Source of the DNA: Candidatus Poribacteria bacterium
GTDB lineage: Bacteria; Poribacteria; WGA-4E; PCPOR2b
Assembly: GCA_965198175.1 (NCBI GenBank)
Contig: OZ240245.1
Span: forward strand, 2,048,001-2,112,000
DNA length: 64,000 nt
Reading direction: 5' to 3'
In this document: piece after piece, positions 1 to 10,581 of the stretch
How the letters are laid out: each line of letters starts with the position of its first letter
Numbering within the stretch: the stretch's first letter is position 1
Notes under the pieces: generated by a model
Database searches by the model: none
What the model was told of the DNA's origin: nothing
The model's input: the letters and a program-made list of their open reading frames with translations, nothing else
Position numbers and translations under genes: made by a program

Positions 1-1
1 G

Positions 2-70
2 CTCGCAGGTATCTACCCCGCCTGGCGATTAGGCAAAATGACGCCTGCAGATGCGTTACGGATGGAGTAA
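2..70 (+). CDS. 3' end of ABC transporter permease (FtsX/MacB-like), partial at window edge
   Basis: Manual translation LAGIYPAWRLGKMTPADALRME* matches the typical permease C-terminus (compare GLYPAVKAARLSPIEALRTE at 62419). Confidence 0.75.
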   Translation, partial: LAGIYPAWRLGKMTPADALRME

Positions 71-291
71 AAACGCCCAATGCCTGAGTACCAACTGCAT
101 GATAAATCGCAAAAATTGAGGAGCAATAAACGAACCGTACGAAGCAACAGTCTAATGTGCAGTGACCCGTGCAATTGCACCAACTTCAATCGGTGATTGA
201 CACCTTTGGACAAAGAATGATAAAATTCGTTGACTTTCATTTACATAATATATGAAAAATACAATAACGCTTCAGTGCAGGAGTGTAAACC

Positions 292-1533
292 ATGAAGAAA
301 TTCGTCGTTTTCGAAGTCGTCGTTATCGTTGCGTTTTCGATTGGTGTTTTCGTTGGGTATCTGTGGTTCAACCCGGACGACAGTTATCAGAATTACTATG
401 AGAGAGCTGAGAAAGCATGGTCAGAAGCTGAGAAAGCAAATACGCCTCCCGTGACACTTGACGACCTAGATTTAGACCGTATCCGGGAGGTCAGAGCTGC
501 ATATCGCACCGTCTTCGATGATTACCCAGATAGCCGTTGGGCAGATGATGCAATCTACCAATTGGCTTCAGGGATTGCACGAACTGATGAAGAGGCGTTT
601 GCTCTATACCGACGTCTCATCAACAACTACCCCGACAGTGAATGGGCAGATGACTCGTTATACACTATCGCCTTCGCCTCCTATCTCGCTGCGCAAGATA
701 TGCGAAAGACGGATGATTTAGATGCGGCAGACCTCTATTATGATCGCGCCTTTGTCCTGTTTACTCAGTTGATTCGAGAGTACCCCGGCACCAGGCTTGC
801 CGATGTGTCCCGTCTGAATCGGGAAATGTGTCATTACGGCAAAGGCAACTTAAACCGCGCACTCGAAGGGCTCAGTAAGCTCACGGAGGATTTCAGGGAT
901 AACCAACTCATCCACAGTATTGTATATCAGATCGGCATGATTTATACCGAAAAGCAAGAATACGGCAACGCTCGTATTCAATTCAAAAATGTCGTGTTGT
1001 CAGGGCATCTGGAATTCGCGCCGCTTGCGAAGTTTGGCATCGCTCAAACACTGTTCGCAGAAAAAAAATTTGAAGACGCAATTAAGACTTATAAAGAGGT
1101 CATTCAAGGATATCCAGAAACAAAATCTGCAGAGGATTCCTATTTTCACATCGGTTGGGCTTTTGAGAAGTTGGAAAAGTATGACGAAGCGATTATCCAG
1201 CTTGAGACAGCAATTGAGAAATATCCACATAACAAAGACACCCAGACTTACCAAGTTTATGTTGCTCAAGTCTACTATGCGAAAAACGATATGGATGGGG
1301 CAATTCAGGCATATCGGAAGGTCGCCGACAACTCAACATTTGACTACGATACAAGGAGATCCGCTCAATATTGGATTGGCAGTATTTATGAAAAGACCGG
1401 GGACGTTAATCAAGCGGTGGCGGAGTATCAAAAACTGCTAAAGAACTTCTTAGAACCTCACCGTGTTCCTCGTCACCCATCGAATGAAATCAGCGAGAAC
1501 TACATTAAAGACCTGCAATCAGGGGATTTATAA
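292..1533 (+). CDS. Membrane-anchored TPR protein (BamD/YbgF-like repeats)
   Basis: N-terminal TM helix; repeated YPDSxWADDA and YPETKSAEDSYF TPR-type motifs; GGAG RBS. Confidence 0.85.
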   Translation: MKKFVVFEVVVIVAFSIGVFVGYLWFNPDDSYQNYYERAEKAWSEAEKANTPPVTLDDLDLDRIREVRAAYRTVFDDYPDSRWADDAIYQLASGIARTDEEAFALYRRLINNYPDSEWADDSLYTIAFASYLAAQDMRKTDDLDAADLYYDRAFVLFTQLIREYPGTRLADVSRLNREMCHYGKGNLNRALEGLSKLTEDFRDNQLIHSIVYQIGMIYTEKQEYGNARIQFKNVVLSGHLEFAPLAKFGIAQTLFAEKKFEDAIKTYKEVIQGYPETKSAEDSYFHIGWAFEKLEKYDEAIIQLETAIEKYPHNKDTQTYQVYVAQVYYAKNDMDGAIQAYRKVADNSTFDYDTRRSAQYWIGSIYEKTGDVNQAVAEYQKLLKNFLEPHRVPRHPSNEISENYIKDLQSGDL

Positions 1534-1736
1534 TTTTCCGAAATCATTGACGCTGTTTTTTTTTGGAAAGAGACTCTCCCTATGGTTGTCCTAGTGCGCC
1601 AAGACGGAATCCCCCGGCGACAAACCCAAAAACCGACTCCAGTTGCCTGATTCATCGGGAGGTGCAATCCGATGATGAATCACCGAAGTACGAGGCTTTA
1701 GACGTTCAACGGTGTTGGGCGTAAAGGAGTTCCTAC

Positions 1737-3722
1737 ATGAAAACAACTTTAACGTTACTTGCGCTTTTCATCCTGTCCTCATGCAACACCTCCTCCCATG
1801 ATTCCCCGCAATGGGGTTTACCTGAAGGGGTTAAAGTACGCCTCGGAAAGGGCGCGATAGGTCAAATACAATATTCTCCCGATGGCACGCGGCTTGCCGT
1901 CGGCAGTGGTATCGGTATCTGGCTCTACGATACAACGACCCATCAAGAGGTTGCCCTGCTCACCGGACATTCGGGGGTTGTCATGAGTGTCGCGTTCAGC
2001 CCGGATGGCAGCATACTGGCGAGCGGGAGTTCGGACAAAACCGTTCGTCTGTGGGATGCCGCAACGGGTGCACACCTACACACATTGGAGCGACATGCGG
2101 ATGCCATCATGAGTGTCGCGTTCAGCCCGGATGGCGGCACGCTAGCAAGTGTGTCGCATACGACCATTCGTCTGTGGGATGTCGAGACGAAAACATCTAA
2201 GCGGTCATTGGAACTGCGAACCCTGAAAGGAGATACATTTTCCGTCAGCACTGTCGCGTTCAGCCAGGACATCTCGATGTTGGCGGGCGGGAGTTATGGC
2301 AAGACCTTCCATCTATGGGATGCGGTGACAGGTATACAACTTCACACACTAGAAGGTCATACGGAGTATGTGACTAGCTTCGCTTTTAGTCCGGATGGCG
2401 GTACACTGGCAAGTGGAAGTTGGGGTGATAGCATCCGCCTGTGGGATGCTAAGACGGGGATACACCTTCGGAAACTGGAAGAACGTGTACCTATGGTCTC
2501 GTGCGTCGCCTTCAGCCCGGATGGCGGCGCGCTCGCAAGTGGTGGACCTGGCACGACCATCGATTTGTGGGATGCTGCAACCGGCGCGCGGCTGCGTACA
2601 CTGGAAGGACATGCGGGTTGGGTCACTGATGTCGCCTTCAGTCGGGACGGCGCAACGCTAGCAAGTGGGAGTGACGACTCGACCATCCGTCTGTGGAATC
2701 GGGCGACGGGCGCACACCTAGGAACACTAAAGGGACATATAAGTTATGTCAATAGCCTCGCCTTCAGCCCGGACAACGCAACGTTGGCAAGTGCGAGTCG
2801 GCGAGATCCCATCCGTCTATGGGATGCAGCGACGGGCGCGCACAAGCGGTCACTGCACCGGTATCTATCGCACGCCAATAACGTCGCATTTAGCCCTGAT
2901 GGACGAACGCTGGTGAGTGGGAGCGATGATTACCATACCATTGAGTTCTGGAATGTCAGGACAGGCGCGCACCTGCGATCACTGAGAAGCGATACGGGCG
3001 ATCACTACAGCATCGCATTCAGCTCAGATGGTTCTACCCTCGCGAGTGGGGATGGAAACACTTCCGTTCACCTGTGGAATGCGATGACAGGCGCGCACCT
3101 GCGATCACTGAGAAGCGATACGGGCGATCACTACAGCATCGCATTCAGCTCAGATGGTTCTACCCTCGCGAGTGGGGATGGAAACACTTCCGTTCACCTG
3201 TGGAATGCGATGACAGGCGCGCACCTGCGATCACTGAGAAGCGATACGGGCGATCACTACAGCATCGCATTCAGCCCGGATGGCGCTACACTGGCAAGTG
3301 GGAGTGGCGACCATACCGTCCGTCTTTGGGATGTCGTGACAGGGGCACACCAGCAAACTCTGAAGGGGCATACGGCGGACATCATTAGCGTCACCTTCAG
3401 CCCGGATGGCGCGACGCTAGCAAGTGGGAGTGGGGACAATACCGTCCGACTTTGGGAGGCCGTGACGGGGACACATCGCCGGACCTTAGAGGGACATACG
3501 TTGGATGTCTGCACCGTCGCTTTTAGTCCGGATGGTGGCACAGTAGCAAGTGGGAGTGGGGACACTACCATACGTCTTTGGGATACCGGGACAGGCGCAC
3601 ACCAGCAAACCCTGAAGGGGCATACGTCAACCGTCAAAAGCCTCGCATTCAGCCCGGATGGCAGCACACTGGGAAGTGGGAGTTACGACGGCACCGTGCT
3701 CCTGTGGAATCTTTCCCGTTAG
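1737..3722 (+). CDS. WD40-repeat beta-propeller protein, probable lipoprotein
   Basis: Many GH..V.SVAFSPDG..LASGS.D.TIRLWD repeats; LSSC lipobox-like signal; AAGGAG RBS. Confidence 0.95.
   Translation: MKTTLTLLALFILSSCNTSSHDSPQWGLPEGVKVRLGKGAIGQIQYSPDGTRLAVGSGIGIWLYDTTTHQEVALLTGHSGVVMSVAFSPDGSILASGSSDKTVRLWDAATGAHLHTLERHADAIMSVAFSPDGGTLASVSHTTIRLWDVETKTSKRSLELRTLKGDTFSVSTVAFSQDISMLAGGSYGKTFHLWDAVTGIQLHTLEGHTEYVTSFAFSPDGGTLASGSWGDSIRLWDAKTGIHLRKLEERVPMVSCVAFSPDGGALASGGPGTTIDLWDAATGARLRTLEGHAGWVTDVAFSRDGATLASGSDDSTIRLWNRATGAHLGTLKGHISYVNSLAFSPDNATLASASRRDPIRLWDAATGAHKRSLHRYLSHANNVAFSPDGRTLVSGSDDYHTIEFWNVRTGAHLRSLRSDTGDHYSIAFSSDGSTLASGDGNTSVHLWNAMTGAHLRSLRSDTGDHYSIAFSSDGSTLASGDGNTSVHLWNAMTGAHLRSLRSDTGDHYSIAFSPDGATLASGSGDHTVRLWDVVTGAHQQTLKGHTADIISVTFSPDGATLASGSGDNTVRLWEAVTGTHRRTLEGHTLDVCTVAFSPDGGTVASGSGDTTIRLWDTGTGAHQQTLKGHTSTVKSLAFSPDGSTLGSGSYDGTVLLWNLSR
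2960..3275 (+). repeat. Perfect 126-bp tandem repeat (2.5 copies) inside the WD40 gene
   Basis: Identical units start at 2960, 3086 and 3212. Confidence 0.95.
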
Positions 3723-3781
3723 CTAGCGAAGCCTCACTGTGAAACACCGAGCCGACACCAAATAAAAAAGGGAGATTTTTC

Positions 3782-3810
3782 TTGACCGAAAATTGGAAAA
3801 CTGATAAGAT
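3782..3810 (+). promoter_or_regulatory. Putative sigma70 promoter
   Basis: TTGACC-N17-TAAGAT with TG extension, upstream of the radical SAM gene. Confidence 0.45.
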
Positions 3811-3916
3811 TGATTATCGGCTTTAGGGATTGACGGTAAAGACCATCGAACATTAACGATTGCCAAGGTTACTTCAACCAGAATCAGGCATTCGAAAACA
3901 TCTAAAGGGGAACGCC

Positions 3917-5581
3917 ATGCGTAAACTCCGCATCGGAATTATCGACCTTGTCACCAAAGGTCCGACGAAAGCATTATGGGCGCGTGTGATGCATGCAAAT
4001 TTTGCCAGCATTATGCCCCAAGTCATCGGCGCGTGGTGTGAAGAAGAAGGGCATGATGTCACACTTGTTTGCTATACCGGTTTTGAGAATCTGACCGAGG
4101 AATTACCAGAGGATGTCGATTTGGTCTTTATCGGCGCGTTCTCGCAGGCGGGGCAATTAGCATATGCGTTGAGCAACCTGTTCCGATCGAAAGGCGCTAT
4201 CACTGTGCTTGGAGGTCCCCACGCTCGGTGCTACCCGCAGGATTCACAAAAGTATTTCGACTATGTCCTCGGTTTCACGGATAAAGCGTTGATTCGTGAT
4301 GTCCTGCGTGACTGCTCGCAGCACCGACCGATCGGCGTGCACCTCGCAGCCAAGCAGCAGCCTAAAACGCTGCCCGGAGTCCGCGAACGTTGGAAGTTTA
4401 TCGAGCAGACGCTCCACAAAGCACCCCTCATCAAGATTGTCCCAATGATTGGCAGTCTCGGTTGTCCATACACATGCAGCTTCTGCATCGACTCTGTCGT
4501 ACCGTATCAGCAATTGAGCTTCGACGTTATCAAGGACGATTTGCGATTCCTCTTGCGTAAATTTAGACGACCGCGCGTTGGTTGGCACGATCCAAACTTT
4601 GGCGTGCGATTTAACGATTACATGGATGCGATAGAGGAAGCAGTACCGCCCGACAGCATTGATTTCATCGCCGAGAGCAGTCTCGCTCTCCTGTCAGAAC
4701 CGCACCTGAAGCGACTCAAACGCAACGGATTCAAAGCCATTTTACCCGGTATTGAATCGTGGTACGACATGGGAAACAAGTCGAAGACCGGCAAGACGAA
4801 AGGAATTGACAAGGTCAGGCAGGTCTCCGAGCATGTTAACACCATGTTACGGTATATTCCCTACGTCCAAACCAACTTCGTGTTTGGTCTCGACGTTGAC
4901 GAAGGATTAGAACCCTTTGAGCTCACAAAGCGATTTTTGGATATGACCCCAGGCGCGTTTCCCGCCTATTCGTTGATTTCGTCGTTCGGACAAGCTGCAC
5001 CACTCAATCTCGAATACCAGCGCGCCAACCGCGTCCTACCTTTCCCATTCCACTTCTTGAACAACAATCACGCCATGAACGTCAAGCCAAAGCACTATGT
5101 CTGGCCCGATTTTTATGATCGGGTGGTTGATGTGAGCAAACATTCGTTTTCGCGGAATGCCATTCTCAACCGCTATCGCGTCATCAAGGATACAATCCCG
5201 CGGTGGCTGAACGTGGTCAGGGCTGTTTCGTCAGAAGGTTTTGGTCGAATCAAGTATTTCACTGAGGTTCGCCAACGGCTAGACACAGACAAGCAGTTCC
5301 GCCCCTATTTTGAAGGTGAGACAGCCGAACTTCCACAGTTCTTTGCGGACCGGGTGCGCAGAGACCTTGGAACGCTGTGGGAATGGCTTCCGGAGGGGGC
5401 GCTACATCACGACCCCAACGCTTATCTCAAGTCCGAGAACACGTCACAGCTAACGCCTTCGAGCGTCAGAGACGCAACCCATTCACGTCAAGCCGTTTCC
5501 CCAGATTTTAGCGGGGATGCCGCGAGTCTCGATTCCCCTGAGTTAACGACCTTACCTCCAAGCAGGGGCTTTGTCGTGTGA
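3917..5581 (+). CDS. B12-binding radical SAM protein
   Basis: N-terminal cobalamin-binding-like domain (VLGGPHA) and CPYTCSFC CxxxCxxC motif; ATG 3917 preferred. Confidence 0.85.
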   Translation: MRKLRIGIIDLVTKGPTKALWARVMHANFASIMPQVIGAWCEEEGHDVTLVCYTGFENLTEELPEDVDLVFIGAFSQAGQLAYALSNLFRSKGAITVLGGPHARCYPQDSQKYFDYVLGFTDKALIRDVLRDCSQHRPIGVHLAAKQQPKTLPGVRERWKFIEQTLHKAPLIKIVPMIGSLGCPYTCSFCIDSVVPYQQLSFDVIKDDLRFLLRKFRRPRVGWHDPNFGVRFNDYMDAIEEAVPPDSIDFIAESSLALLSEPHLKRLKRNGFKAILPGIESWYDMGNKSKTGKTKGIDKVRQVSEHVNTMLRYIPYVQTNFVFGLDVDEGLEPFELTKRFLDMTPGAFPAYSLISSFGQAAPLNLEYQRANRVLPFPFHFLNNNHAMNVKPKHYVWPDFYDRVVDVSKHSFSRNAILNRYRVIKDTIPRWLNVVRAVSSEGFGRIKYFTEVRQRLDTDKQFRPYFEGETAELPQFFADRVRRDLGTLWEWLPEGALHHDPNAYLKSENTSQLTPSSVRDATHSRQAVSPDFSGDAASLDSPELTTLPPSRGFVV

Positions 5582-5630
5582 GGGCACGTCATTTGCCCTG
5601 ATGGAGCGTAAGAATAGGTTACGCATCACA

Positions 5631-6698
5631 TCAATCGACCCATGCCGTCTTCGGGTTCATGATATTGGGGTCATCATCCAGCGTGAATCTTTCAGAAGCG
5701 CTTAACATCGGATCCTCTTCATCCTCGCCTTCAAGTTCAAACCCCGCATCCTTTACCATCTGGTAAACTTTGTTCTTGAGGTCCCCCCGAGTTACGAGGT
5801 AACCATCGACAAACAGCGAGTTTGCTGGAAAAAGCGCGAGTGACTGGAGTCCGCGTAAGTGCCCTTCACGACCGCCACCGATGCGAATCTCGGCAGTTGG
5901 ATTGACGAATCGAAACATACAAAGAATTCTCAAGCACCGTTCTGGGGTCAACTGCTTGAAGTCGTATATTGGATTTCCGTGGATGGGAACAAGGAAATTG
6001 ATGGGGATCGATGGGACTTTCATGCGTCGAAGGACATGGGCAACGTCCAGAATATCTTCATCCGATTCCCCCATGCCAACAATCATACCGCTACAGGTTT
6101 GCAGTCCCGCCTCATTTGCCGCGTTAAGCGTATCGATCCGATCTTGGTAGGTATGTGTACTGACAATTTTGGGTGTGTGAGTTTCGCTAGTATTCAGGTT
6201 GTGATTGAGGCGGTCTAGCCCAGCAGCTTTGAGCATTTTCGCTTTTTCTAAATCGACAATTCCGACTGAAAGACAGGTCTTGATTCCAACCTCATCATTG
6301 ATGCGCTTGATAATTCGAGCAAGCTGCTTAGATTTTTTCTGGGTTGGCCCACGACCACCGGACACCATGCAGTAGCGGTAGACACCGCTCGCTTTAGCAT
6401 CATGTGCCTCCTGGACAATCTCATCTTCGTCCTTCATTGGGTATCGCTTAATTGGCGCCTTGGATACTTTTGATTGACCGCAATACCCGCAATCTTCGGG
6501 ACAGAGTCCATTTTGGATGTTATTGATTTTGTGAATTTTGACCTTTTTCCCAAAAGTCGCCATACGGACATCGCCCGCGGCGGTTGCCATGCGCAGGATA
6601 TCGACACGCGGATTCGTCAGCATCGTTACGGTGTCCACCCGTGAAAATTCATCGCCACGAAGAGCGGTTTGTGCCCATCTTTCATAGTCAATGCTCAT
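5631..6698 (-). CDS. bioB: Biotin synthase
   Basis: CPEDCGYCGQS, NHNLNTS, CSGMIVGMGE and SIPINFL motifs. Confidence 0.95.
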   Translation of the reverse strand: MSIDYERWAQTALRGDEFSRVDTVTMLTNPRVDILRMATAAGDVRMATFGKKVKIHKINNIQNGLCPEDCGYCGQSKVSKAPIKRYPMKDEDEIVQEAHDAKASGVYRYCMVSGGRGPTQKKSKQLARIIKRINDEVGIKTCLSVGIVDLEKAKMLKAAGLDRLNHNLNTSETHTPKIVSTHTYQDRIDTLNAANEAGLQTCSGMIVGMGESDEDILDVAHVLRRMKVPSIPINFLVPIHGNPIYDFKQLTPERCLRILCMFRFVNPTAEIRIGGGREGHLRGLQSLALFPANSLFVDGYLVTRGDLKNKVYQMVKDAGFELEGEDEEDPMLSASERFTLDDDPNIMNPKTAWVD

Positions 6699-6910
6699 AA
6701 TATGAGTCTCCTAGCCTCGCCGGAATTCGATGCAATTGATAATTTTATCATGTATTTCAGATGTGAGCAAGCGATAAAACGCCCGAGCCTGTAATTGAGC
6801 GAATGGGGCACATCAATAAACGATTGTAGAAGTAGGGTGGAGCCAAAAAGAAAAGGACAGAGAGGTCAAGCATTACACATACGTATTGCATCTTAGCACC
6901 GAGAAAAAAA

Positions 6911-6940
6911 TTGTCAGTCTTCATAGAGTCATGTTAGAAT
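6911..6940 (+). promoter_or_regulatory. Putative sigma70 promoter for leuB
   Basis: TTGTCA-N18-TAGAAT with TG extension. Confidence 0.4.
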
Positions 6941-7051
6941 ATAAACGTGCTCGAATACACGTGAACCAAGCTACTCAGCCGTTATTTCATGATCGAAACT
7001 GAAGGAGCACAGCCGTAAAGAAACCGCTCAAATAATCTTTGGAGGGATTCT

Positions 7052-8110
7052 ATGTATAAAATTGGCTTAATTCCCGGCGACGGGATTGGTCCCGAAATTA
7101 CGCGAGAAGCCATGAAGGTCGTCGGGGCAGCAGCCGAAAAAACTAACTTCAAGTACGAAACCGTTGAATACGACTTTGGCGGCGATCGCTATCTTGAGAC
7201 GGGTGAAGTTTTACCGGACGCCGCGCTCAATGAGTTTCGAGGGTTGGATGCAATCTTCTTGGGAGCGATAGGACACCCAGATGTTAAGCCGGGGATTTTG
7301 GAGAAAGGAATCTTATTAAGAACCCGTTTTGAATTAGATCTGTATATCAACCTGCGTCCTGTAAAGCTGTATCCCGGCGTGTGGACACCTATTAAGGACA
7401 AGGGGCCGGAGGATATCGAGTTTGTCATCGTCCGTGAGAACACGGAAGGCTTATACGTTGGAGGGGGCGGCTTCTTGAAGCGTGGAACGTCTGATGAAGT
7501 GGCGATTCAGGAGCTCATCGCCACCCGCAAAGGAACAGAGCGCTGCATCCGCTACGCTTTTGAGTTGGCGCGGAAAAGGAACAAAGCGAAGAAGCTGACC
7601 TCGTGCGATAAGGCAAATGTGCTCACCTATGCGCACGATCTCTGGCGGCGCGTATTTGAAGAAGTTGCCGCGGAATATCCCGACATTGAGACAGAATATG
7701 CCTTCGTCGATGCGACAACGATGTGGATGGTGAAAAACCCCGAATGGTTCGATGTCATTGTGACTTGCAACATGTTCGGTGACATTATCACCGACCTCGG
7801 TGCGATGATTCAAGGCGGTATGGGCGTTGCCGCATCCGGGAATCTCCATCCTGGTAACATAGCAATGTTTGAACCGATTCACGGATCCGCCCCGCGGTAC
7901 ACCAACAAGAACCAAATCAACCCCATCGCAGCGATTCTCGCGGCGGGCATGATGCTTGAATACCTGGGTCAAACCGAGGCGGCTGGTTTAGTAGATCAGT
8001 CGGTAAGTGACCTTCTCGGCAGTAAGAAACTTCGAGATCTCGCCGCCGGAAAAATGGGATATACAACCTCCCAAGTCGGTGATATGATTGCCGAATCCGT
8101 GTCGGCATGA
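7052..8110 (+). CDS. leuB: 3-isopropylmalate dehydrogenase (LeuB type 2-like)
   Basis: [26 protein letters not shown] and FEPIHGSAP motifs. Confidence 0.85.
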   Translation: MYKIGLIPGDGIGPEITREAMKVVGAAAEKTNFKYETVEYDFGGDRYLETGEVLPDAALNEFRGLDAIFLGAIGHPDVKPGILEKGILLRTRFELDLYINLRPVKLYPGVWTPIKDKGPEDIEFVIVRENTEGLYVGGGGFLKRGTSDEVAIQELIATRKGTERCIRYAFELARKRNKAKKLTSCDKANVLTYAHDLWRRVFEEVAAEYPDIETEYAFVDATTMWMVKNPEWFDVIVTCNMFGDIITDLGAMIQGGMGVAASGNLHPGNIAMFEPIHGSAPRYTNKNQINPIAAILAAGMMLEYLGQTEAAGLVDQSVSDLLGSKKLRDLAAGKMGYTTSQVGDMIAESVSA

Positions 8111-8181
8111 AACGTGACGCTGTGAACAGGGGAAGATAGAACAGATTCTCATCGCGCTCAAGTTCAGCAAGAGATTCCCTC

Positions 8182-9135
8182 ATGAAGAAACCTTACTACC
8201 TCTGCTGTTTCATTCTCATTACCCTTTGGTCGCCCATAACACACGGAAATACCGGCAAACCGTGGAACACGCTAGAAACGACACACTTCCGAACCTACTA
8301 TCAATCCCATGCAAAATCAGCGCAAGAGGTTGCCGACATTGCCGAAAACTTCTACTCGCAACTAGGTCGCTTGATGAACGGGATGGTGATAGACAAAATC
8401 GAGATTTGGATCTGCGATACAGAAGCGCAGTTTCAGTCGGCTGTGCATGCCCCAATCCATGACTGGGCAATCGGTTGCGCCTTCCCATTGAGCCGCCGTA
8501 TTGTCATCCAGAACCCGCGTGTTATCATTGAACGAAAGTTCCAATTGTCACAGATCGTTCGCCATGAAATTGTCCACGTTGTTTTTGGACAGCGCACGCA
8601 AAAGATAATGGAAGCCATTCCCTTGTGGTTTGTAGAGGGAATTGCGATGTATCTATCCGACGAATGGGCGCCTCATCACCACGACCTCTTGCTCAAACAC
8701 ATCTTCTCAAACTCGATTATCTCACTTACGGATCTCGTTGCGGAATTTCCTCGGTCAGAAACCCACGCTCAACTTGCGTACGCGGAAAGCTTGAATGCCG
8801 TTGCGTGGCTCGTGGAACTTGGGGGAATCGACAAGTTGTGGGAAATCATCGCTCGACTTGAAGGCGGCGAAGATTTAAACACCGCTTACGAACAAACCAT
8901 CGGTTGGAACCTCATAACATTTGATACAGAATGGCGCGCATCGCTTCCCCAGCGCTATCACCGAGCAGCGATATTTGCCAACCCATATATCCTTTGGGGC
9001 GTCATTACGACGGTATTCGTTCTGATTTTTCTATACCGCCGGCAGCAGTTGCGAAAACGACTTGTTGAACTCAATAGGCAAGAGTCGCAGATTGATCCGT
9101 TTTTTAGGTCAGATGGAACTCCCGCAAAGGACTGA
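8182..9135 (+). CDS. Peptidase MA-like zinc metallopeptidase, exported with C-terminal membrane anchor
   Basis: HEIVH...WFVEG gluzincin motif; signal peptide; C-terminal TM helix. Confidence 0.8.
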   Translation: MKKPYYLCCFILITLWSPITHGNTGKPWNTLETTHFRTYYQSHAKSAQEVADIAENFYSQLGRLMNGMVIDKIEIWICDTEAQFQSAVHAPIHDWAIGCAFPLSRRIVIQNPRVIIERKFQLSQIVRHEIVHVVFGQRTQKIMEAIPLWFVEGIAMYLSDEWAPHHHDLLLKHIFSNSIISLTDLVAEFPRSETHAQLAYAESLNAVAWLVELGGIDKLWEIIARLEGGEDLNTAYEQTIGWNLITFDTEWRASLPQRYHRAAIFANPYILWGVITTVFVLIFLYRRQQLRKRLVELNRQESQIDPFFRSDGTPAKD

Positions 9136-9188
9136 AACACAGTCCTATACGGGTAAAACAGCCCAACCTCACCCCACAGTCCCAAGAT

Positions 9189-9208
9189 TCCCCCTTTGGC
9201 AAGGGGGA
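9189..9208. repeat. Intergenic palindrome between convergent genes
   Basis: TCCCCCTT-TGGC-AAGGGGGA hairpin. Confidence 0.5.
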
Positions 9209-9376
9209 GTTAGAGGGGGTATACTACACCTTTCCCACGGTAGGTCATGGCAATTCACGAGGATTCTCAAGTTGAGGCTCTTGCCGTTCAATGCACAAAA
9301 AGAGCCAGTTTTCATGTCGAATGCTGGCTAGCGGTAAAAGTCAGACAAACGTTCCGCGTTCGAGAGCGTTATCGGA

Positions 9377-9838
9377 TTACCTCGACTCGAAGAAGCCGAT
9401 TAAATCCTCGCCGTGCGCATTCGCGTTTACCTGCTTATCATGCTTGATTATCTTTCCAGCTTTATCAATGACGACCGTCATGCGGCTACTCATGCCATCC
9501 GGCTGGTCAGTAGCGCCGAATAGCAAGCTGAATGAGCGGTCCGTGTCTACAAGAAGCGGAAAGTTCAGGTCGTACTGTTCCGCAAACTTTTTGTGGCTTT
9601 CAGCGTCCTGTACACTAACACCGAAAACTTGTACATCGTGCGCTGCAAATTGGCTCGACTCATCCCGGAGCGAGCAAACCTCCGCCGTTCAGCCACTGGT
9701 AAAGTCTTTGGGATAAAACGCCAGAACGACGTTTTTCTTCCCGACGTAATCGCGCAGGCGATGGACAACGCCATCCGCATCTTCTATCTCTAAATCCGGC
9801 GCATCCATACCAACTTCCAACGATCTAAAGTCCGTCAT
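9377..9838 (-). CDS. bcp: Peroxiredoxin (Bcp/PrxQ family), selenocysteine-containing
   Basis: Manual translation: MTDFRSLEVG...VVLAFYPKDFTSG-U(TGA 9689-9691)-TAEVCSLRD...VFGVSVQDAESHKKFAEQYDLNFPLLVD...; AGGAG RBS; 153 codons; missing from the ORF track. Confidence 0.85.
9653..9675 (-). promoter_or_regulatory. Putative bacterial SECIS element
   Basis: GCUCG-CUC-[CGGGAU]-GAG-U-CGAGC hairpin; apical loop starts 21 nt after UGA, with G at loop position 2. Confidence 0.6.
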
Positions 9839-10034
9839 CTGTTTCTCCTGTGTGATTGCTGCATTAGGTTACGCTGAATATCCCGATGTCACAACGGCAA
9901 GGAAGGGTGGAACCCGTAACATAATGACCCCCACCAATCTCCACCGCTCGCTTGGCGTATGCCGATAGGTGTAGCGAGATGATTTTTGGGATAAGTGCAT
10001 TTTGGGATCCCATTGTAAGGACCGTTATGCCTTA

Positions 10035-10578
10035 CTAAGGGCAGGTATCTCTAGTCAGCAAGTGCGAATGGCTTTTTGTAATATACACTTTACCTCCAAC
10101 AAAATTGCGATCCTTAAAGTCTTTCTGCAATTCTGGGTCGGCACCCCTTGGTCTTCTTCTTCCTCTACTCGGTATGCCGGGCAGGCGTTGGACAGCTAAT
10201 ACTTTCACACTCGCAATCATAGCCAATGCGATAATGTGTGGATCGTCGGACATAAGTTCACCTGTTTGCTCTAATGCATCCGCTTTTGCTGGCACATCTT
10301 CAGCCGGCAGCAATTTGAATTTACCCATCCTTTGCAGTATCATCATTACTTGCTCCCAGCCCATTCTAATGGAGGAGGATGGACTTGCGCCTGGATATAG
10401 CAGTTTTATCATCAACTCGTACCCCCCCTCCTGCTTCCCATTCACTCCTAAATTTCTCGGTGGAAGAATAGACGATTTTGCCGTTTTCGCTCTCCAACCA
10501 ATTCCGCACAGGTTCCATATCTTCATCAGTTGTGTTCCTGAAATTACTGAAACTATTGACATCCCAAATAATCCACAT
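10035..10578 (-). pseudogene. PIN-domain-like protein, frameshifted at a G7 tract (10422-10428)
   Basis: MWIIWDVN... (frame A) joins ...SDDPHIIALA...DPELQKDF (frame B); acidic PIN-like motifs. Confidence 0.55.
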
Positions 10579-10581
10579 TGC

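Noticed and set aside
1648..1682. Intrinsic terminator
   Set aside because: Hairpin TGATTCATC/GATGAATCA lacks a U-tract; more likely a REP-like relic with a single copy here.
9247..9793. Plus-strand ORFs 9247-9447, 9291-9716 and 9593-9793
   Set aside because: Antisense shadows of the Sec-peroxiredoxin.
9840..10034. Integron attC site after the PIN-like gene
   Set aside because: GCATAAC is present, but no matching complementary R' box or stem, and no integrase.
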